A DNA stretch of 64,000 nucleotides, taken from the NCBI GenBank assembly GCA_945889085.1, contig CAMDBM010000002.1, positions 9,745-73,744 on the forward strand, written 5' to 3'. The notes beneath the pieces are model-generated. The model was not told the origin of the DNA. It made no database searches and worked only from the letters and a program-made list of their open reading frames with translations. How positions within the stretch are numbered: position 1 is the first letter of the stretch; every line of letters begins with the position of its first letter. This DNA comes from Ferrithrix thermotolerans DSM 19514 (GTDB lineage Bacteria; Actinomycetota; Acidimicrobiia; Acidimicrobiales; Ilumatobacteraceae). Shown here piece after piece: positions 20,061 to 30,630 of the stretch. The position numbers and the translations under genes are program-made.

Positions 20061-20118
20061 GCTAACGGCAGGCGCCTTGTACCCTGCGGGGCACCATGGT
20101 TACTCAGGGCGGGCCGCG

Positions 20119-20355
20119 ATGAGGGTGTGGATCGATCAGGACCTGTGCACGGGAGACGGTCTGTGCGAGGACCACGCCCCTGATGTGTTCGCCCTGCTCG
20201 AGGACGGAATCGCCTACGTGAAAGAGGCGGATCAGATCCTCAACGACCCGGGCGGCTCGGGCAGCCTCGCCTTCGTCCCCGAGCGCCTCTACCAGCAGGT
20301 GGTCAACGCCGCAGAGGAGTGCCCCGGGGAGTGCATCTTCATCGAGATGCGCTGA
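20119..20355 (+). CDS. small ferredoxin (3Fe-4S/4Fe-4S type)
   Basis: MRVWIDQDLCTGDGLCEDHAPDVF...ECPGECI (CxxxxxC...CP pattern), 78 aa. Confidence 0.8.
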   Translation: MRVWIDQDLCTGDGLCEDHAPDVFALLEDGIAYVKEADQILNDPGGSGSLAFVPERLYQQVVNAAEECPGECIFIEMR

Positions 20356-20404
20356 ACCGGCGGTTCGGCTCGGGGTTTTTGTCCAAGGAATTGTTACTAT
20401 GGCC

Positions 20405-20421
20405 GTAGTGGAAATCCCGGG
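20405..20421 (+). promoter_or_regulatory. shared suf-upstream motif, copy A (upstream of sufB)
   Basis: GTAGTGGAAATCCCGGG lies 38 nt before the sufB ATG. It matches the reverse complement of 33303..33319 at 16 of 17 positions. Confidence 0.45.
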
Positions 20422-20459
20422 TTCCTCGCTCGGGATGCACCTCTCCGAGGAGTCTCACG

Positions 20460-21863
20460 ATGACCGCCATTGATCTCGACCTGAGCAAGTACAGCCTCGG
20501 CTGGAACGACGGTGAAGAGTACGTATTCCGGCCGGCGAAGGGCATTAGCTCCGATGTCGTCAACCAGATGTCGCGCTGGAAGGGCGAGCCCGAGTGGATG
20601 CGCAAATTCCGCGAGCGCAGCTTCAACGTGTTCGAGAAGAAGCCGATGGCAGCGTGGTTCGCGATCAACATGCCCGACATCAACTTCGACGACATCTACT
20701 ACTACATCAAGCCGACCGAGGGCGGCGTGGTGGACGCGTGGGAAGACCTGCCCGAGAAGATCAAGCAGACGTACGAGAAGCTCGGTATCCCGGAGGCGGA
20801 GCGCAAGTACCTCGCCGGTGTCACCAGCCAGTACGACTCCGAGGTCGTCTACCACAAGAACCGTGACGAGCTCGCCGCCCAGGGGATCCTGTTCTGCGAC
20901 ATGGACACCGCGCTGCGCGAGTACCCGGACCTGGTCAAGCAGCACTTCGGCTCCATCATCCCCCCGGCCGACAACAAGTTCTCGGCGCTGAACTCGGCGG
21001 TGTGGAGCGGTGGCTCGTTCGTCTACGTTCCGCCGGGTGTCGAGTGCGAGATGCCGCTTCAGGCGTACTTCCGCATCAACTCCGAGAGTGCCGGCCAGTT
21101 CGAGCGCACACTCATCATCGCCGACGAGGGCTCGAAGGTGCACTACATCGAAGGCTGTTCGGCGCCCGTCTACGCGAAGGAGGCGCTGCACTCCGCTGTC
21201 GTGGAGATCATCGTGAAGCCTTCCGCTCGCGTCACCTACACCACCATCCAGAACTGGTCGTCGAACGTGTACAACCTCGTCACCAAGCGCGCACGCGTGG
21301 AGGCCGAGGGCCACATGGAGTGGATCGACGGCAACATCGGCTCCAAGCTCACGATGAAGTACCCGAGCGTGTACCTCGTCGGACCGAAGGCAACCGGAGA
21401 GGTGCTCTCGGTGGCCTACGCCGGCGAGGGCCAGCACCAGGACGCGGGTGCCAAGATGGTGCACGCAGCACCGGAGACCACGTCGAAGATCGTGTCGAAG
21501 TCGATCAGCAAGGACGGTGGGATCACCACCTACCGCGGTCTGGTTCGTGTCGAGGAAGGCGCGTACGGCTGCAAGAGCCACGTGCAGTGCGACGCACTCA
21601 TCCTCGACGAGGACTCCACCTCACGCACCTTCCCGTACATGGAAGTGGGCGAGAAGGACGCGCAGATCGGCCACGAGGCAACGGTGTCCAAGATCGCCGA
21701 CGAGCAGTTGTTCTACCTGATGAGCCGCGGGCTCTCCCAGGAGCAGGCGATGTCGATGGTGGTCAACGGGTTCATCGAGCCGGTCACCCGCACGCTGCCG
21801 ATGGAGTACGCCGTGGAGTGGAGCCGCCTCATCGAGCTGCAGATGGAAGGCTCGGTCGGCTAG
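20460..21863 (+). CDS. sufB: Fe-S cluster assembly protein SufB
   Basis: Full-length SufB-like sequence (YSLGWNDGEEYVF..., FVYVPPGVECEMPLQAYFRIN, HEATVSKI..QLFYLMSRG). Confidence 0.95.
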   Translation: MTAIDLDLSKYSLGWNDGEEYVFRPAKGISSDVVNQMSRWKGEPEWMRKFRERSFNVFEKKPMAAWFAINMPDINFDDIYYYIKPTEGGVVDAWEDLPEKIKQTYEKLGIPEAERKYLAGVTSQYDSEVVYHKNRDELAAQGILFCDMDTALREYPDLVKQHFGSIIPPADNKFSALNSAVWSGGSFVYVPPGVECEMPLQAYFRINSESAGQFERTLIIADEGSKVHYIEGCSAPVYAKEALHSAVVEIIVKPSARVTYTTIQNWSSNVYNLVTKRARVEAEGHMEWIDGNIGSKLTMKYPSVYLVGPKATGEVLSVAYAGEGQHQDAGAKMVHAAPETTSKIVSKSISKDGGITTYRGLVRVEEGAYGCKSHVQCDALILDEDSTSRTFPYMEVGEKDAQIGHEATVSKIADEQLFYLMSRGLSQEQAMSMVVNGFIEPVTRTLPMEYAVEWSRLIELQMEGSVG

Positions 21864-23908
21864 CCGAGTTTGGTGTAGATGCGACACGGCTGGCCGCGCA
21901 GCGATCCGCAAGGTGCCAGCCCGGCCGGTGCCGCAATGCCCTTCAGTACGGGAAGCACGATGCGCGACGGGTGTTGCTTGTCGGTCAGCACCGTAACCGT
22001 GCCTCCGGCCGGGAGGCCCTGGAAGATCCATTGTGCGCGGTTGCCGCCGGGGGAGCCGACGAGCACCCGGACACGGGAGCCCTTGCGGAACACGTGGGCA
22101 AAGGGGAAAAGTTCCACGCGTACGAGAGTCGGCTCGCCGGCAACGAGTGGAGCCGCGTCCCGCTGGAGATGGGTGTGCACCGGCCGCAGTTCGGTGGAGG
22201 CTGCGGTATCGAGTGCCCGCCGACTGGCACGCAGCCAGCCTGATTGCACGTAGACCTCCTGCCCGTCGGGGCGGACCTCGGTGATTGTCACCTCGAGATC
22301 GGTGTCGGGGGCAGAGGAGGAGATCCAGAGATCGGCCGAAGCGGGCCCGACGAGCACCTGATCGGCCCCCAGCGTCGGACCCTCAAATGCCACTACGGCG
22401 CCTTTCGGCGCAGGCTTCCAGTCCCACTTCACGTCGGCGTTCCAGATCTCGGCGAGCGACCCGGTGTAATACGTGTCGGCAGTTGCATCGGGATCGTAGG
22501 TGTACGCAGCGGCGCCACCCTTCGCGGTGAGCAGCATCGGTGTCGGTTCGGTGCTCGGGATCGGCCACGACGGGAACGACGCCTCGAAGCGAGGAGCGGG
22601 TGCACCGGCGGGCAGGCCGTCGGCTGCGCCCTCCTCGAACAGGATGCGCACCGGAGGCTCGGACTCGAAGGCCGCCAGTGCTTCTTCATACGTCTTGCCG
22701 GTGAACCGGAGCGGGGCGAAGCCGAGCCCGCTCACGTTGAACACGGTCTTGTAGAGCACCGATGGAATGAACCCGGCCATGATGCTCAACTGTGGGGTGC
22801 GCTGTGCGACGTAGAGCTCGAGGAACTCGTGGTAGCGGTTGAGGAAACCGACACCGAGCGCCTCGGTATGCAGGCCGTTCGACATGGTGGCGTACACATG
22901 CGGTGACGACGTGAACTTGTCGAGCAGCGCCGGGAAGCGCCCGCCGGTCTGCTCGTCCTGCCACGCCCCGGCGAGGAATACCGGCACCGTGATCTTCCCG
23001 ACGAGCAGCGACGGGTTCAGCACATCGGAGACGCCCGGGTTGTAGAAGGGGTTGTCCGCGATCTCCTTCGCGGGGTCCAGATTGCCCGAGCGCGCATCCT
23101 GGTTGGTGATGCAGGTTGTGTCGCCCGCGTCAGCACGCTTCTTGGTCCATGCCTGACCGAAGGGCTGTGCCTCCTTGCCGCGCTCGGTGCTCCACATCAC
23201 GGCGAAGCCCGTGTTGAGGATCCCGCCCGGATACAGCGTGGAGCGATAGAGGTCGTCGCTCACCGAGAACGGTGCGATTGATGTAAGGCTCGGCGGCTGT
23301 GTGGACGCAACGAAGAGCTGCGTGATGCCGGGATACGAGATGCCGACCATGCCAACCTTGTTGTGCAGCACCCACGGTTGCGACGCGATGGTCTCGATCG
23401 CGTCGTAGCCGTCGGTGAGCTGCTTGTCCTCGAAGAACCTGAACGCACCGCCCGAGCAGCCGGTACCGCGCACGTTGATGCCGACGTGGGCGTAGCCCAA
23501 TGCGTTATAGAGCGCCGACGATGTTGTGTTGTCGGGGTTGCTCGGGTCGTATCCCGAGTACTCGACCACGGTCGGGTAGGGGCCGGACTTCTCCGTCCCC
23601 GGGAGCATCACGTTGATCGACAGCGTGACGCCGTCTCGGACCGTCAGGTAGCCGAACCCGGGCTTGATGGTCTGGGCACCGGTGGCCTCGGTGGTCGGTG
23701 CGGCACTCTCGGACGGCGCGGGCGCTGTGGTGCCGGCGACGCTGCTCGTGGACGGGGCCACGGATACCAGTGCGGTGGTCGGGCCCCCGGCCGGGGTTGA
23801 AGACCCACAGGCCGCTAGGAGAGCGAGCGGTAGGAGGACGAGCAGGTGGCGTGTGCGACAGATCACTATGCATGATCGTGCCACGAAGCAGCGCGATTGC
23901 GACACCAT
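21860..23908 (-). CDS. CocE/NonD (S15 X-Pro dipeptidyl-peptidase) family hydrolase, probable lipoprotein
   Basis: Lipobox LALLAACGS near the N-terminus, nucleophile elbow GISYPG, and a large C-terminal beta-sandwich region. Its stop overlaps the sufB stop (CTAG). Confidence 0.8.
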   Translation of the reverse strand: MVSQSRCFVARSCIVICRTRHLLVLLPLALLAACGSSTPAGGPTTALVSVAPSTSSVAGTTAPAPSESAAPTTEATGAQTIKPGFGYLTVRDGVTLSINVMLPGTEKSGPYPTVVEYSGYDPSNPDNTTSSALYNALGYAHVGINVRGTGCSGGAFRFFEDKQLTDGYDAIETIASQPWVLHNKVGMVGISYPGITQLFVASTQPPSLTSIAPFSVSDDLYRSTLYPGGILNTGFAVMWSTERGKEAQPFGQAWTKKRADAGDTTCITNQDARSGNLDPAKEIADNPFYNPGVSDVLNPSLLVGKITVPVFLAGAWQDEQTGGRFPALLDKFTSSPHVYATMSNGLHTEALGVGFLNRYHEFLELYVAQRTPQLSIMAGFIPSVLYKTVFNVSGLGFAPLRFTGKTYEEALAAFESEPPVRILFEEGAADGLPAGAPAPRFEASFPSWPIPSTEPTPMLLTAKGGAAAYTYDPDATADTYYTGSLAEIWNADVKWDWKPAPKGAVVAFEGPTLGADQVLVGPASADLWISSSAPDTDLEVTITEVRPDGQEVYVQSGWLRASRRALDTAASTELRPVHTHLQRDAAPLVAGEPTLVRVELFPFAHVFRKGSRVRVLVGSPGGNRAQWIFQGLPAGGTVTVLTDKQHPSRIVLPVLKGIAAPAGLAPCGSLRGQPCRIYTKLG

Positions 23909-23942
23909 GGGGCCAGCGACGAGCCAGAATGTCGGGGTGCCG

Positions 23943-24287
23943 ATGCGTCAGGAATGCAAGAACTTCGAGAGCCGCACCTATGCCAACGGCGAGACCGTGC
24001 AGAAGTGCAACGTCGACCTCGCCCCCGATGCACCGTGGCGCTGCCCCGATCAGTGCGCGGGCTACCAGAGGCGGATCATCGACGGTGGCTGGACCTACGG
24101 GAGTCTGACGCCGCCGAGTACACCGGAGGAACCGCCGGGACTCGATGACGGAACCGCTGCGGCGGTCCTCGACGAGGCTGAGGAGATCATCAACGCGATC
24201 GTGCCCGAGGTGCTCGCGGAGGTGCTCGCCGAGAACCAGCGCAAGAAGGGTTTTGGCCGCTTTTTCCGGCGTCGCGGCAGGTCCTGA
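23943..24287 (+). CDS. small Cys-containing hypothetical protein with a basic C-terminal tail
   Basis: MRQECKNFESRTYANGETVQKCNVDLAPDAPWRCPDQCAGY... contains four Cys, then an acidic helix and RRRGRS. The start was chosen to avoid overlap with the cocE-like start. No family recognised. Confidence 0.45.
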   Translation: MRQECKNFESRTYANGETVQKCNVDLAPDAPWRCPDQCAGYQRRIIDGGWTYGSLTPPSTPEEPPGLDDGTAAAVLDEAEEIINAIVPEVLAEVLAENQRKKGFGRFFRRRGRS

Positions 24288-24305
24288 GCCCCAGCGGGCC
24301 GGGGG

Positions 24306-24337
24306 ATTTCCCCTACGGCGATGGTAGTATTTCCCCT
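24306..24337 (+). promoter_or_regulatory. shared suf-upstream motif, copy B (upstream of sufD)
   Basis: ATTTCCCCTACGGCGATGGTAGTATTTCCCCT. TTTCCCCTACG is identical to the reverse complement of 33323..33333, followed by a GAT(A/G)GT core. It contains the direct repeat ATTTCCCCT. Confidence 0.4.
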
Positions 24338-24362
24338 GCTCCCGACCCCCTCAGGACCGCCG

Positions 24363-25514
24363 ATGAACCCCGAACTTGCGAGCGCGATCCCCGGCCCGAG
24401 CTGGCTGATCGAGCGAAGGACTGCCGCTGCCGTGCGGGCTACCGCCTCAGCGATGCCCCAGGTGGACGAGGAGATCTGGCGGTACAGCCGGATCGACGAA
24501 CTCAACCTCGACCGCTACGCCTACTCGCCCGCCGCATCGTCGATCAGCGGCGCCGGCGAGTGTTTGTCCGAACCCCTCGAGACGGACCCCGTGGCGCCTG
24601 CCCCCGACGTGTTTGCCGAGTGGAACACAGCCCTCAGCGAGCCGATCGTGCTGCGCACGGTCCGCGGTCAGGTGCTCGAGGTGCCGGTCGTAGTTGAGCA
24701 TTCGGTCAGCGAGGGACAGATCACGTTCCCGCGCCTCGTGATCCATGCAGCGGCCGACAGCGAGATCACGGTGGTCGAGCGGTTCCGCAGCGACGCCTCG
24801 GGCGCTGCACTCGTCGCTCCGGTGGTCGAGATCCACGCCGGCCCCGCCGCGCGGGTGAAGTACGTCGCCATCAATGAACTCGGCACGGATGTGTGGCTGA
24901 TCGGCCACCAACTCGCCTGGGCGGACCGCGACAGCACCGTCTCGCTGTCGTCGGTGGCCCTCGGCGGGGACTACGCCCGTGTGCGAACCGAGGCCGTGGC
25001 CAATGGGCAGGGTTCCTCGACGAAGCAAACGGCCCTGTACTTTGCGGACGGCACCCAGATGCATGACTTCCGTACGATCCAGTCGCACATCGCACCGCGC
25101 ACACAGTCGAACCTGCTGTTCAAGGGTGCAGTGAAGGACACGGCCCGAAGCGTTTACACCGGCCTCATCCGGATCGGTCACGAAGCCAAGGGCTCCTCAG
25201 CGTTCCAGACGAACCGCAACCTCACACTGTCGGCGGGGGCGTGGGCCGAGAGTGTCCCCAACCTCGACATCGAGACCAACGACGTGCGCTGCAGCCATGC
25301 GAGCACCGTCGGCCCGATCGACGTGGAGCAGCGCTTCTACCTCGAGAGCCGTGGCGTGTCCCCGGAGATCGCAGAGCGGCTGATCGTGCTCGGCTTCTTC
25401 GACGAGGTACTCGAACAGCTTCCGTTGCCGGCGCTCGCGGCCCAGTTGCGTGCGCGCGTGGCGGCCAAACTCGACGGTGTGCCGGCGGCGCTTGCCGGTT
25501 CGGTGGGCGGATGA
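24363..25514 (+). CDS. sufD: Fe-S cluster assembly protein SufD
   Basis: SufD/SufB-fold C-terminus (NLLFKGAV.D.ARSVYTGLIRI, HASTVGPID.EQRFYLESRG). Stop overlaps the next start (ATGA). Confidence 0.85.
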   Translation: MNPELASAIPGPSWLIERRTAAAVRATASAMPQVDEEIWRYSRIDELNLDRYAYSPAASSISGAGECLSEPLETDPVAPAPDVFAEWNTALSEPIVLRTVRGQVLEVPVVVEHSVSEGQITFPRLVIHAAADSEITVVERFRSDASGAALVAPVVEIHAGPAARVKYVAINELGTDVWLIGHQLAWADRDSTVSLSSVALGGDYARVRTEAVANGQGSSTKQTALYFADGTQMHDFRTIQSHIAPRTQSNLLFKGAVKDTARSVYTGLIRIGHEAKGSSAFQTNRNLTLSAGAWAESVPNLDIETNDVRCSHASTVGPIDVEQRFYLESRGVSPEIAERLIVLGFFDEVLEQLPLPALAAQLRARVAAKLDGVPAALAGSVGG

Positions 25515-25824
25515 GCGTCGTGCACCATCTCGGTCCGCTCGCGCAGTTCGAATCCGGTTCGGCGCGCCGGGTGGAGATCGCCGGTCTGGCCATTGCCCTC
25601 GTGCGCCTCGGAGACAGCGTGTACGCCATCGGCGACGTTTGCTCGCACGCCGACGTGTCGTTGAGCGGTGGCGAGGTGTTGGCCGACGAGTGCGAACTCG
25701 AGTGCCCCAAGCACGGAAGCCGCTTCAGCCTCACCTCTGGCGCCCCCCTGTCCCTGCCGGCTACCCAGCCGGTTCCCGTCTACGACGTCCGCGTGGTGAA
25801 CGGCGAAGTGGAGTTGGAGATCTC

Positions 25825-25828
<4 letters not shown>
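25511..25828 (+). CDS. Rieske (2Fe-2S) ferredoxin-like protein
   Basis: CSHADVSL...CPKHGSRF (CxH...CxxH). Translationally coupled on both sides. Confidence 0.85.
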
Positions 25829-26625
<797 letters not shown>

Positions 26626-26655
26626 ACCGGGCCGCGGGATGCGCCCATCCGCGTC

Positions 26656-26952
26656 CTAGAAGTCGAAGATCTCCCCGAGCAGGCCCTTCTTCTTGCGGTG
26701 CTTGCCGTGCTTCCTCCAGTCGTCATCGTCGTCGTCGTCCTTGGGGCGGTACGGCGGGGGTGGCGGTGCTACCGAGGACGGCCGGGGGCTCAACGGAGCC
26801 GGCGCGACGGACTGGGTTGCCGATCGCTCGATGAGTTTGTCGAGTTCTCCCCGGTCGAGCCACACGCCACGGCACTGCGGGCAGTAGTCGATCTCGATAC
26901 CGGACCGCTCGGACAGGACGAGTCGCTCAGATACGCAAGTGGGGCACAACAT
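26656..26952 (-). CDS. TFIIB-type zinc-ribbon protein
   Basis: CPTC...CPQCRGVWLDRGELDKL, a poly-Asp run, and the basic tail KKKGLLGEIFDF. Confidence 0.75.
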   Translation of the reverse strand: MLCPTCVSERLVLSERSGIEIDYCPQCRGVWLDRGELDKLIERSATQSVAPAPLSPRPSSVAPPPPPYRPKDDDDDDDWRKHGKHRKKKGLLGEIFDF

Positions 26953-26994
26953 GCTGGTCTCCTTCGGTTCTGGGGGGGCTGCGTTCAGGTCAGG

Positions 26995-27864
26995 TCAGAA
27001 GGTCATCGTGCGCAACCGGGCGATGCGCTCCTCGGTGGGGGGATGACTGCTGAAGAGCCGGGCCATGCTGGCGTTGCGCCCGCCGCGGAACTCGCTGAGC
27101 GGGTTGTGGATGTAGGCGTACGCCTGGGCCGGTGCGACCGACATGGGCGCCTTGGCGGCGAGCACCTCAATGCGCTCAAGGGCGGTTGCTAGCGATGCAC
27201 CGGAGCCGAGCAACTGCGCTGCGCCGCGGTCGGCCTCGAACTCGCGTGAGCGGCTGACCGCCATCTGGATGAGCGATGCTGCAATCGGTGCGAGCAGCGA
27301 CATGAGCAACATCGCGAACGGGTTCGGTCGGTCCTCGTCGTCGCGACCGCCTCCGAACATGCTCGCGAACATTGCCATCTGTGCGATGTAGGAGATCGCA
27401 GTCGAGATGGCAGCAGCCACCGAACCGATGAGGATGTCCCGGTGGCGAACGTGCATCAGTTCGTGCGCCATGACCGCCTCGATCTCGTCGCGCGGCATGG
27501 CCCGCAGGAGACCCTCGGTGGCGCAGACCACCGCCTTGCTGGGGCCGCGACCGGTAGCGAACGCGTTGGGCTGCGCACTTGGGGCGATCGCCACCCGGGG
27601 CATCGGGAGATTCGCCCGGGTGGCGAGCGACGCGACCATGTCGTAGAAGTCGGGGTTGTCGGAGCGCTCGATCACCTTCGCCTTGGCCGCACTGAGCGCA
27701 AGGCGGTCGCTGAACCAGTAGGAACCGCCGACCATGACGAAGGCGATGAGCAGGCCGATGGTAAGTGCTCCGCTGCTTCCTCCGCCGAGCAGGCCGGCGA
27801 CGGCCACGATGAGCCCGCCGAGTGCGGCGAGGAGCACGGTTGTCTTTGCGGTGTTCTTGAACAC
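26995..27864 (-). CDS. htpX: zinc metalloprotease HtpX (M48)
   Basis: HELMHV zinc motif, a TM-rich N-terminus, and EFEADRGAA. GTG start at 27864. The longer track ORF is an unlikely extension. Confidence 0.9.
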   Translation of the reverse strand: MFKNTAKTTVLLAALGGLIVAVAGLLGGGSSGALTIGLLIAFVMVGGSYWFSDRLALSAAKAKVIERSDNPDFYDMVASLATRANLPMPRVAIAPSAQPNAFATGRGPSKAVVCATEGLLRAMPRDEIEAVMAHELMHVRHRDILIGSVAAAISTAISYIAQMAMFASMFGGGRDDEDRPNPFAMLLMSLLAPIAASLIQMAVSRSREFEADRGAAQLLGSGASLATALERIEVLAAKAPMSVAPAQAYAYIHNPLSEFRGGRNASMARLFSSHPPTEERIARLRTMTF

Positions 27865-27877
27865 GGGTGGACCCTTC

Positions 27878-30613
27878 CTAACGGGTGTTGCGGGTACGGG
27901 CAGAGATGAACTTGCGGGCCTCCTCGGCGACCAGCACGCTGCTGGCCACCGCGATGCACACGAACCACTGGGCGAGGCTGATCGACATGGTGTCGAACAG
28001 GCTCTGCATCGGGCCGAAATGCGTGACGCCGACCTGCAGGAGGAGCACGGCGGCAAGCGAGACCCACAGCCAACGGTTCCGCAGGGTCGAGCGCCTGAAC
28101 ACGCTGCGCGTGTCGTGGCGGGCATTGAGGATGTTGAAGAACTGGAAGAGCACGAAGGTGTTGAATGCCATCGTCCCAGCGATCGAGGCCGTGCCTGCGC
28201 TGAGTGCGGGCCCGGGTGCGAACTCGAGCACGAGGAGCGTGCCGACGGCCATCACCAGGGCGGAGAGCCCGACGCTGGCCCAGCGGCCGCGCGTCAGGAT
28301 CCGCTCGTCTGCCGGTCGCGGTGCCGCGTGCATCGCGTCCGGTTCTTCTGCGTCAAGACCGAGCGCCATGGCCGGGGGGCCGTCCATGATGAGGTTGACC
28401 CAGAGGATTGCTACGGCAGTGAACGGCTTGCCGCTCGCGATGCCGATTATCGACGCAAGCAGGAACAGCACGGCGAACCCGAGCGTTGTGCTGAGCTGGA
28501 AGCGGACGAACTTCACAATGTTGGCGTAGATCGCCCGCCCCCGCCCGACGGCGCTGACGATCGTGGCGAAGTTGTCGTCGGCCAGCACCATGGTGGCGGC
28601 CTCCTTGCTCACATCCGTTCCGGTGATCCCCATGGCGATACCTAGGTCCGCCTGCTTGAGTGCCGGCGCGTCGTTCACCCCGTCACCGGTCATGGCAACC
28701 ACGTGGCCCCGGTGCTGCAGGATGCGGACGAGCCGCAGCTTGTGCTCGGGAGAGACACGGGCGAACACCGCAACCTCGTCCACGCGCTCGGCGAGTTGCT
28801 CGTCGCTCATCGCCTCGAGGTCCGCTCCCGAGAGCACGTCTCCCTCGAGGCCCAGTTCCCGAGCGATGGCGGTGGCGGTGGACGCGTGGTCTCCCGTGAT
28901 CATCTTCACGGCGATACCAGCCCGGTGCGCCTGCACGATCGCGTCCCTTGCCTCTGCCCGTGCGGGGTCGACGATTCCGACCAACGCGAGGAGCGTGAGG
29001 TCACGGACGAGGCCCATCGGCTCGCCCCCGCTTGACTGGAACTCCTGCCAGGCGTCGAGCGGCAGTTCCCGCTGGGCGATGGCCAGCACGCGATATCCGT
29101 TGTCGCCGAGGCGGCTGTTGTGGGCCTCGAGCGTCGCGCGGTGCTCGTTGATGTCCACTGCTGCGCCCGAACGGTCGATGACGCTCGTAGTGCGTGCGAG
29201 GAGCACGTCGGGGGCGCCCTTGACGAGGACCCGCACCATCACGTCGCCGTTGCTGTCGGCGAGCTCGTGCACCGTCGCCATGAACTTGTGCGTCGAGTCG
29301 AACGGCACCTCCGCAATCCGCGGATGCCGGGTGCGTAGCGGGCCGGCCTCTACGCCGCCCTTCGCGGCGAGCGCCACGAGCGCTCCCTCCGTCGGGTCGC
29401 CGACCAACTGCCAGTCGTTCTCGTTGCGCCGGATCTCGGCATCATTGCAGAGGACCATCGCGACGAGTGCAGTATCGAGCCCAACGGGGTCGTCGTCGTT
29501 CTTGCGGCGGATCTCCCCCTCCGGGGAGTACCCGAGGCCGCTCACCGCATGCTCGTGCAACTGCGTAACCAGCTCCACAGCGGTCATCTCGTTGAGCGTC
29601 AGCGTTCCGGTCTTGTCGCTGCAGATCACGGTTGCGCAGCCGAGCGTCTCGACCGAGGCGAGTCGCTTCACGATGGCGTTGCGCTTGGCGAGCTTGGAGA
29701 CCCCGACGGCGAGCGTGACAACGGTGACGGCGGGCAGTCCCTCGGGGATGGCGGCGACCGCGAGCGCTACCGAGGTGAGGATCACCTTGCTCAGGGGCTC
29801 TCCGCGGATCAGCCCGATGATGAAGACCACGGCGACGATGCCCATGGCGAGCTTGGCGACGCTGTTGGCCAGACCGTGGAGCTGTTTCTGCAACGGCGTG
29901 TCACCCGGCTCGGTTTCCCTGAGCAACGTCGCCAGTCGACCGATCTGGGTCTCCATCCCCGTGCCGGTCGCCACGAACTCGCCGCGTCCGCGGGTGATTG
30001 CGCTGTTCATGAACACCATGCCGCTTCGGTCCCCGAGCGGGACCGACTCGTCGGTGGGTCCACCCACGGCCTTGACCACCGGCGTGCTCTCGCCGGTGAG
30101 GGCGGACTCTGCTGCCTCGAGATTCGCTGTGGAAATCAGCCGCCCGTCGGCCGGCACCCGGTCGCCGGCCTCGAGCAGCACAATGTCGCCGGGTACGACC
30201 TCGCGGGACTCGACGTACAGCAGCGAGCCGTCCCGGCGGACCCGGGCCCGGGAGGTCATCGAGTTCCGAAGTGCGTCAACCGACTTCTCGGCGCGCTGTT
30301 CTTGCATGAAACCGATCACCACGTTGAGGACAACGACGGTGAGGACAATCGCCGGGGTCTTGAGCTCTCCCGACACGAGCCAGGCGACGACGGCGGCCGT
30401 GATGAGGAGCAGGATGAGCCTGTCGGTGAAGCCAGCGAGCAGGCGGCGCCACGCGGGCACACCGGCTGCGGCTACGAGTTCGTTCGGCCCGTGGGAGTCC
30501 AGACGGAGGGCGGCTTCCTGTGTGGAAAGCCCGAGCGAAGCATCACCGCTGTTCGGTGCGGTTTCGGCGGGAATGTTGGAGGCGGCAGTGCTCACGAGGG
30601 TTCCTTCGGTCAA
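27878..30613 (-). CDS. cation-transporting P-type ATPase (P2-like)
   Basis: CSDKTGTLT, MITGDH and TGDGVNDAPALKQADLGIAMG. The start is ambiguous: TTG 30613, or more likely GTG 30595 preceded by GAAGGA. Confidence 0.9.
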   Translation of the reverse strand: MTEGTLVSTAASNIPAETAPNSGDASLGLSTQEAALRLDSHGPNELVAAAGVPAWRRLLAGFTDRLILLLITAAVVAWLVSGELKTPAIVLTVVVLNVVIGFMQEQRAEKSVDALRNSMTSRARVRRDGSLLYVESREVVPGDIVLLEAGDRVPADGRLISTANLEAAESALTGESTPVVKAVGGPTDESVPLGDRSGMVFMNSAITRGRGEFVATGTGMETQIGRLATLLRETEPGDTPLQKQLHGLANSVAKLAMGIVAVVFIIGLIRGEPLSKVILTSVALAVAAIPEGLPAVTVVTLAVGVSKLAKRNAIVKRLASVETLGCATVICSDKTGTLTLNEMTAVELVTQLHEHAVSGLGYSPEGEIRRKNDDDPVGLDTALVAMVLCNDAEIRRNENDWQLVGDPTEGALVALAAKGGVEAGPLRTRHPRIAEVPFDSTHKFMATVHELADSNGDVMVRVLVKGAPDVLLARTTSVIDRSGAAVDINEHRATLEAHNSRLGDNGYRVLAIAQRELPLDAWQEFQSSGGEPMGLVRDLTLLALVGIVDPARAEARDAIVQAHRAGIAVKMITGDHASTATAIARELGLEGDVLSGADLEAMSDEQLAERVDEVAVFARVSPEHKLRLVRILQHRGHVVAMTGDGVNDAPALKQADLGIAMGITGTDVSKEAATMVLADDNFATIVSAVGRGRAIYANIVKFVRFQLSTTLGFAVLFLLASIIGIASGKPFTAVAILWVNLIMDGPPAMALGLDAEEPDAMHAAPRPADERILTRGRWASVGLSALVMAVGTLLVLEFAPGPALSAGTASIAGTMAFNTFVLFQFFNILNARHDTRSVFRRSTLRNRWLWVSLAAVLLLQVGVTHFGPMQSLFDTMSISLAQWFVCIAVASSVLVAEEARKFISARTRNTR

Positions 30614-30630
30614 ACGACGATGTTCGTTTT

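Noticed and set aside
20354-20380. An intrinsic terminator after the ferredoxin gene
   Set aside because: There is only a 5-bp stem (GAACC/GGTTC), with the T5 run 10 nt further on. The evidence is too weak. The ferredoxin may be co-transcribed with sufB, or the T-run may belong to the sufB promoter region.
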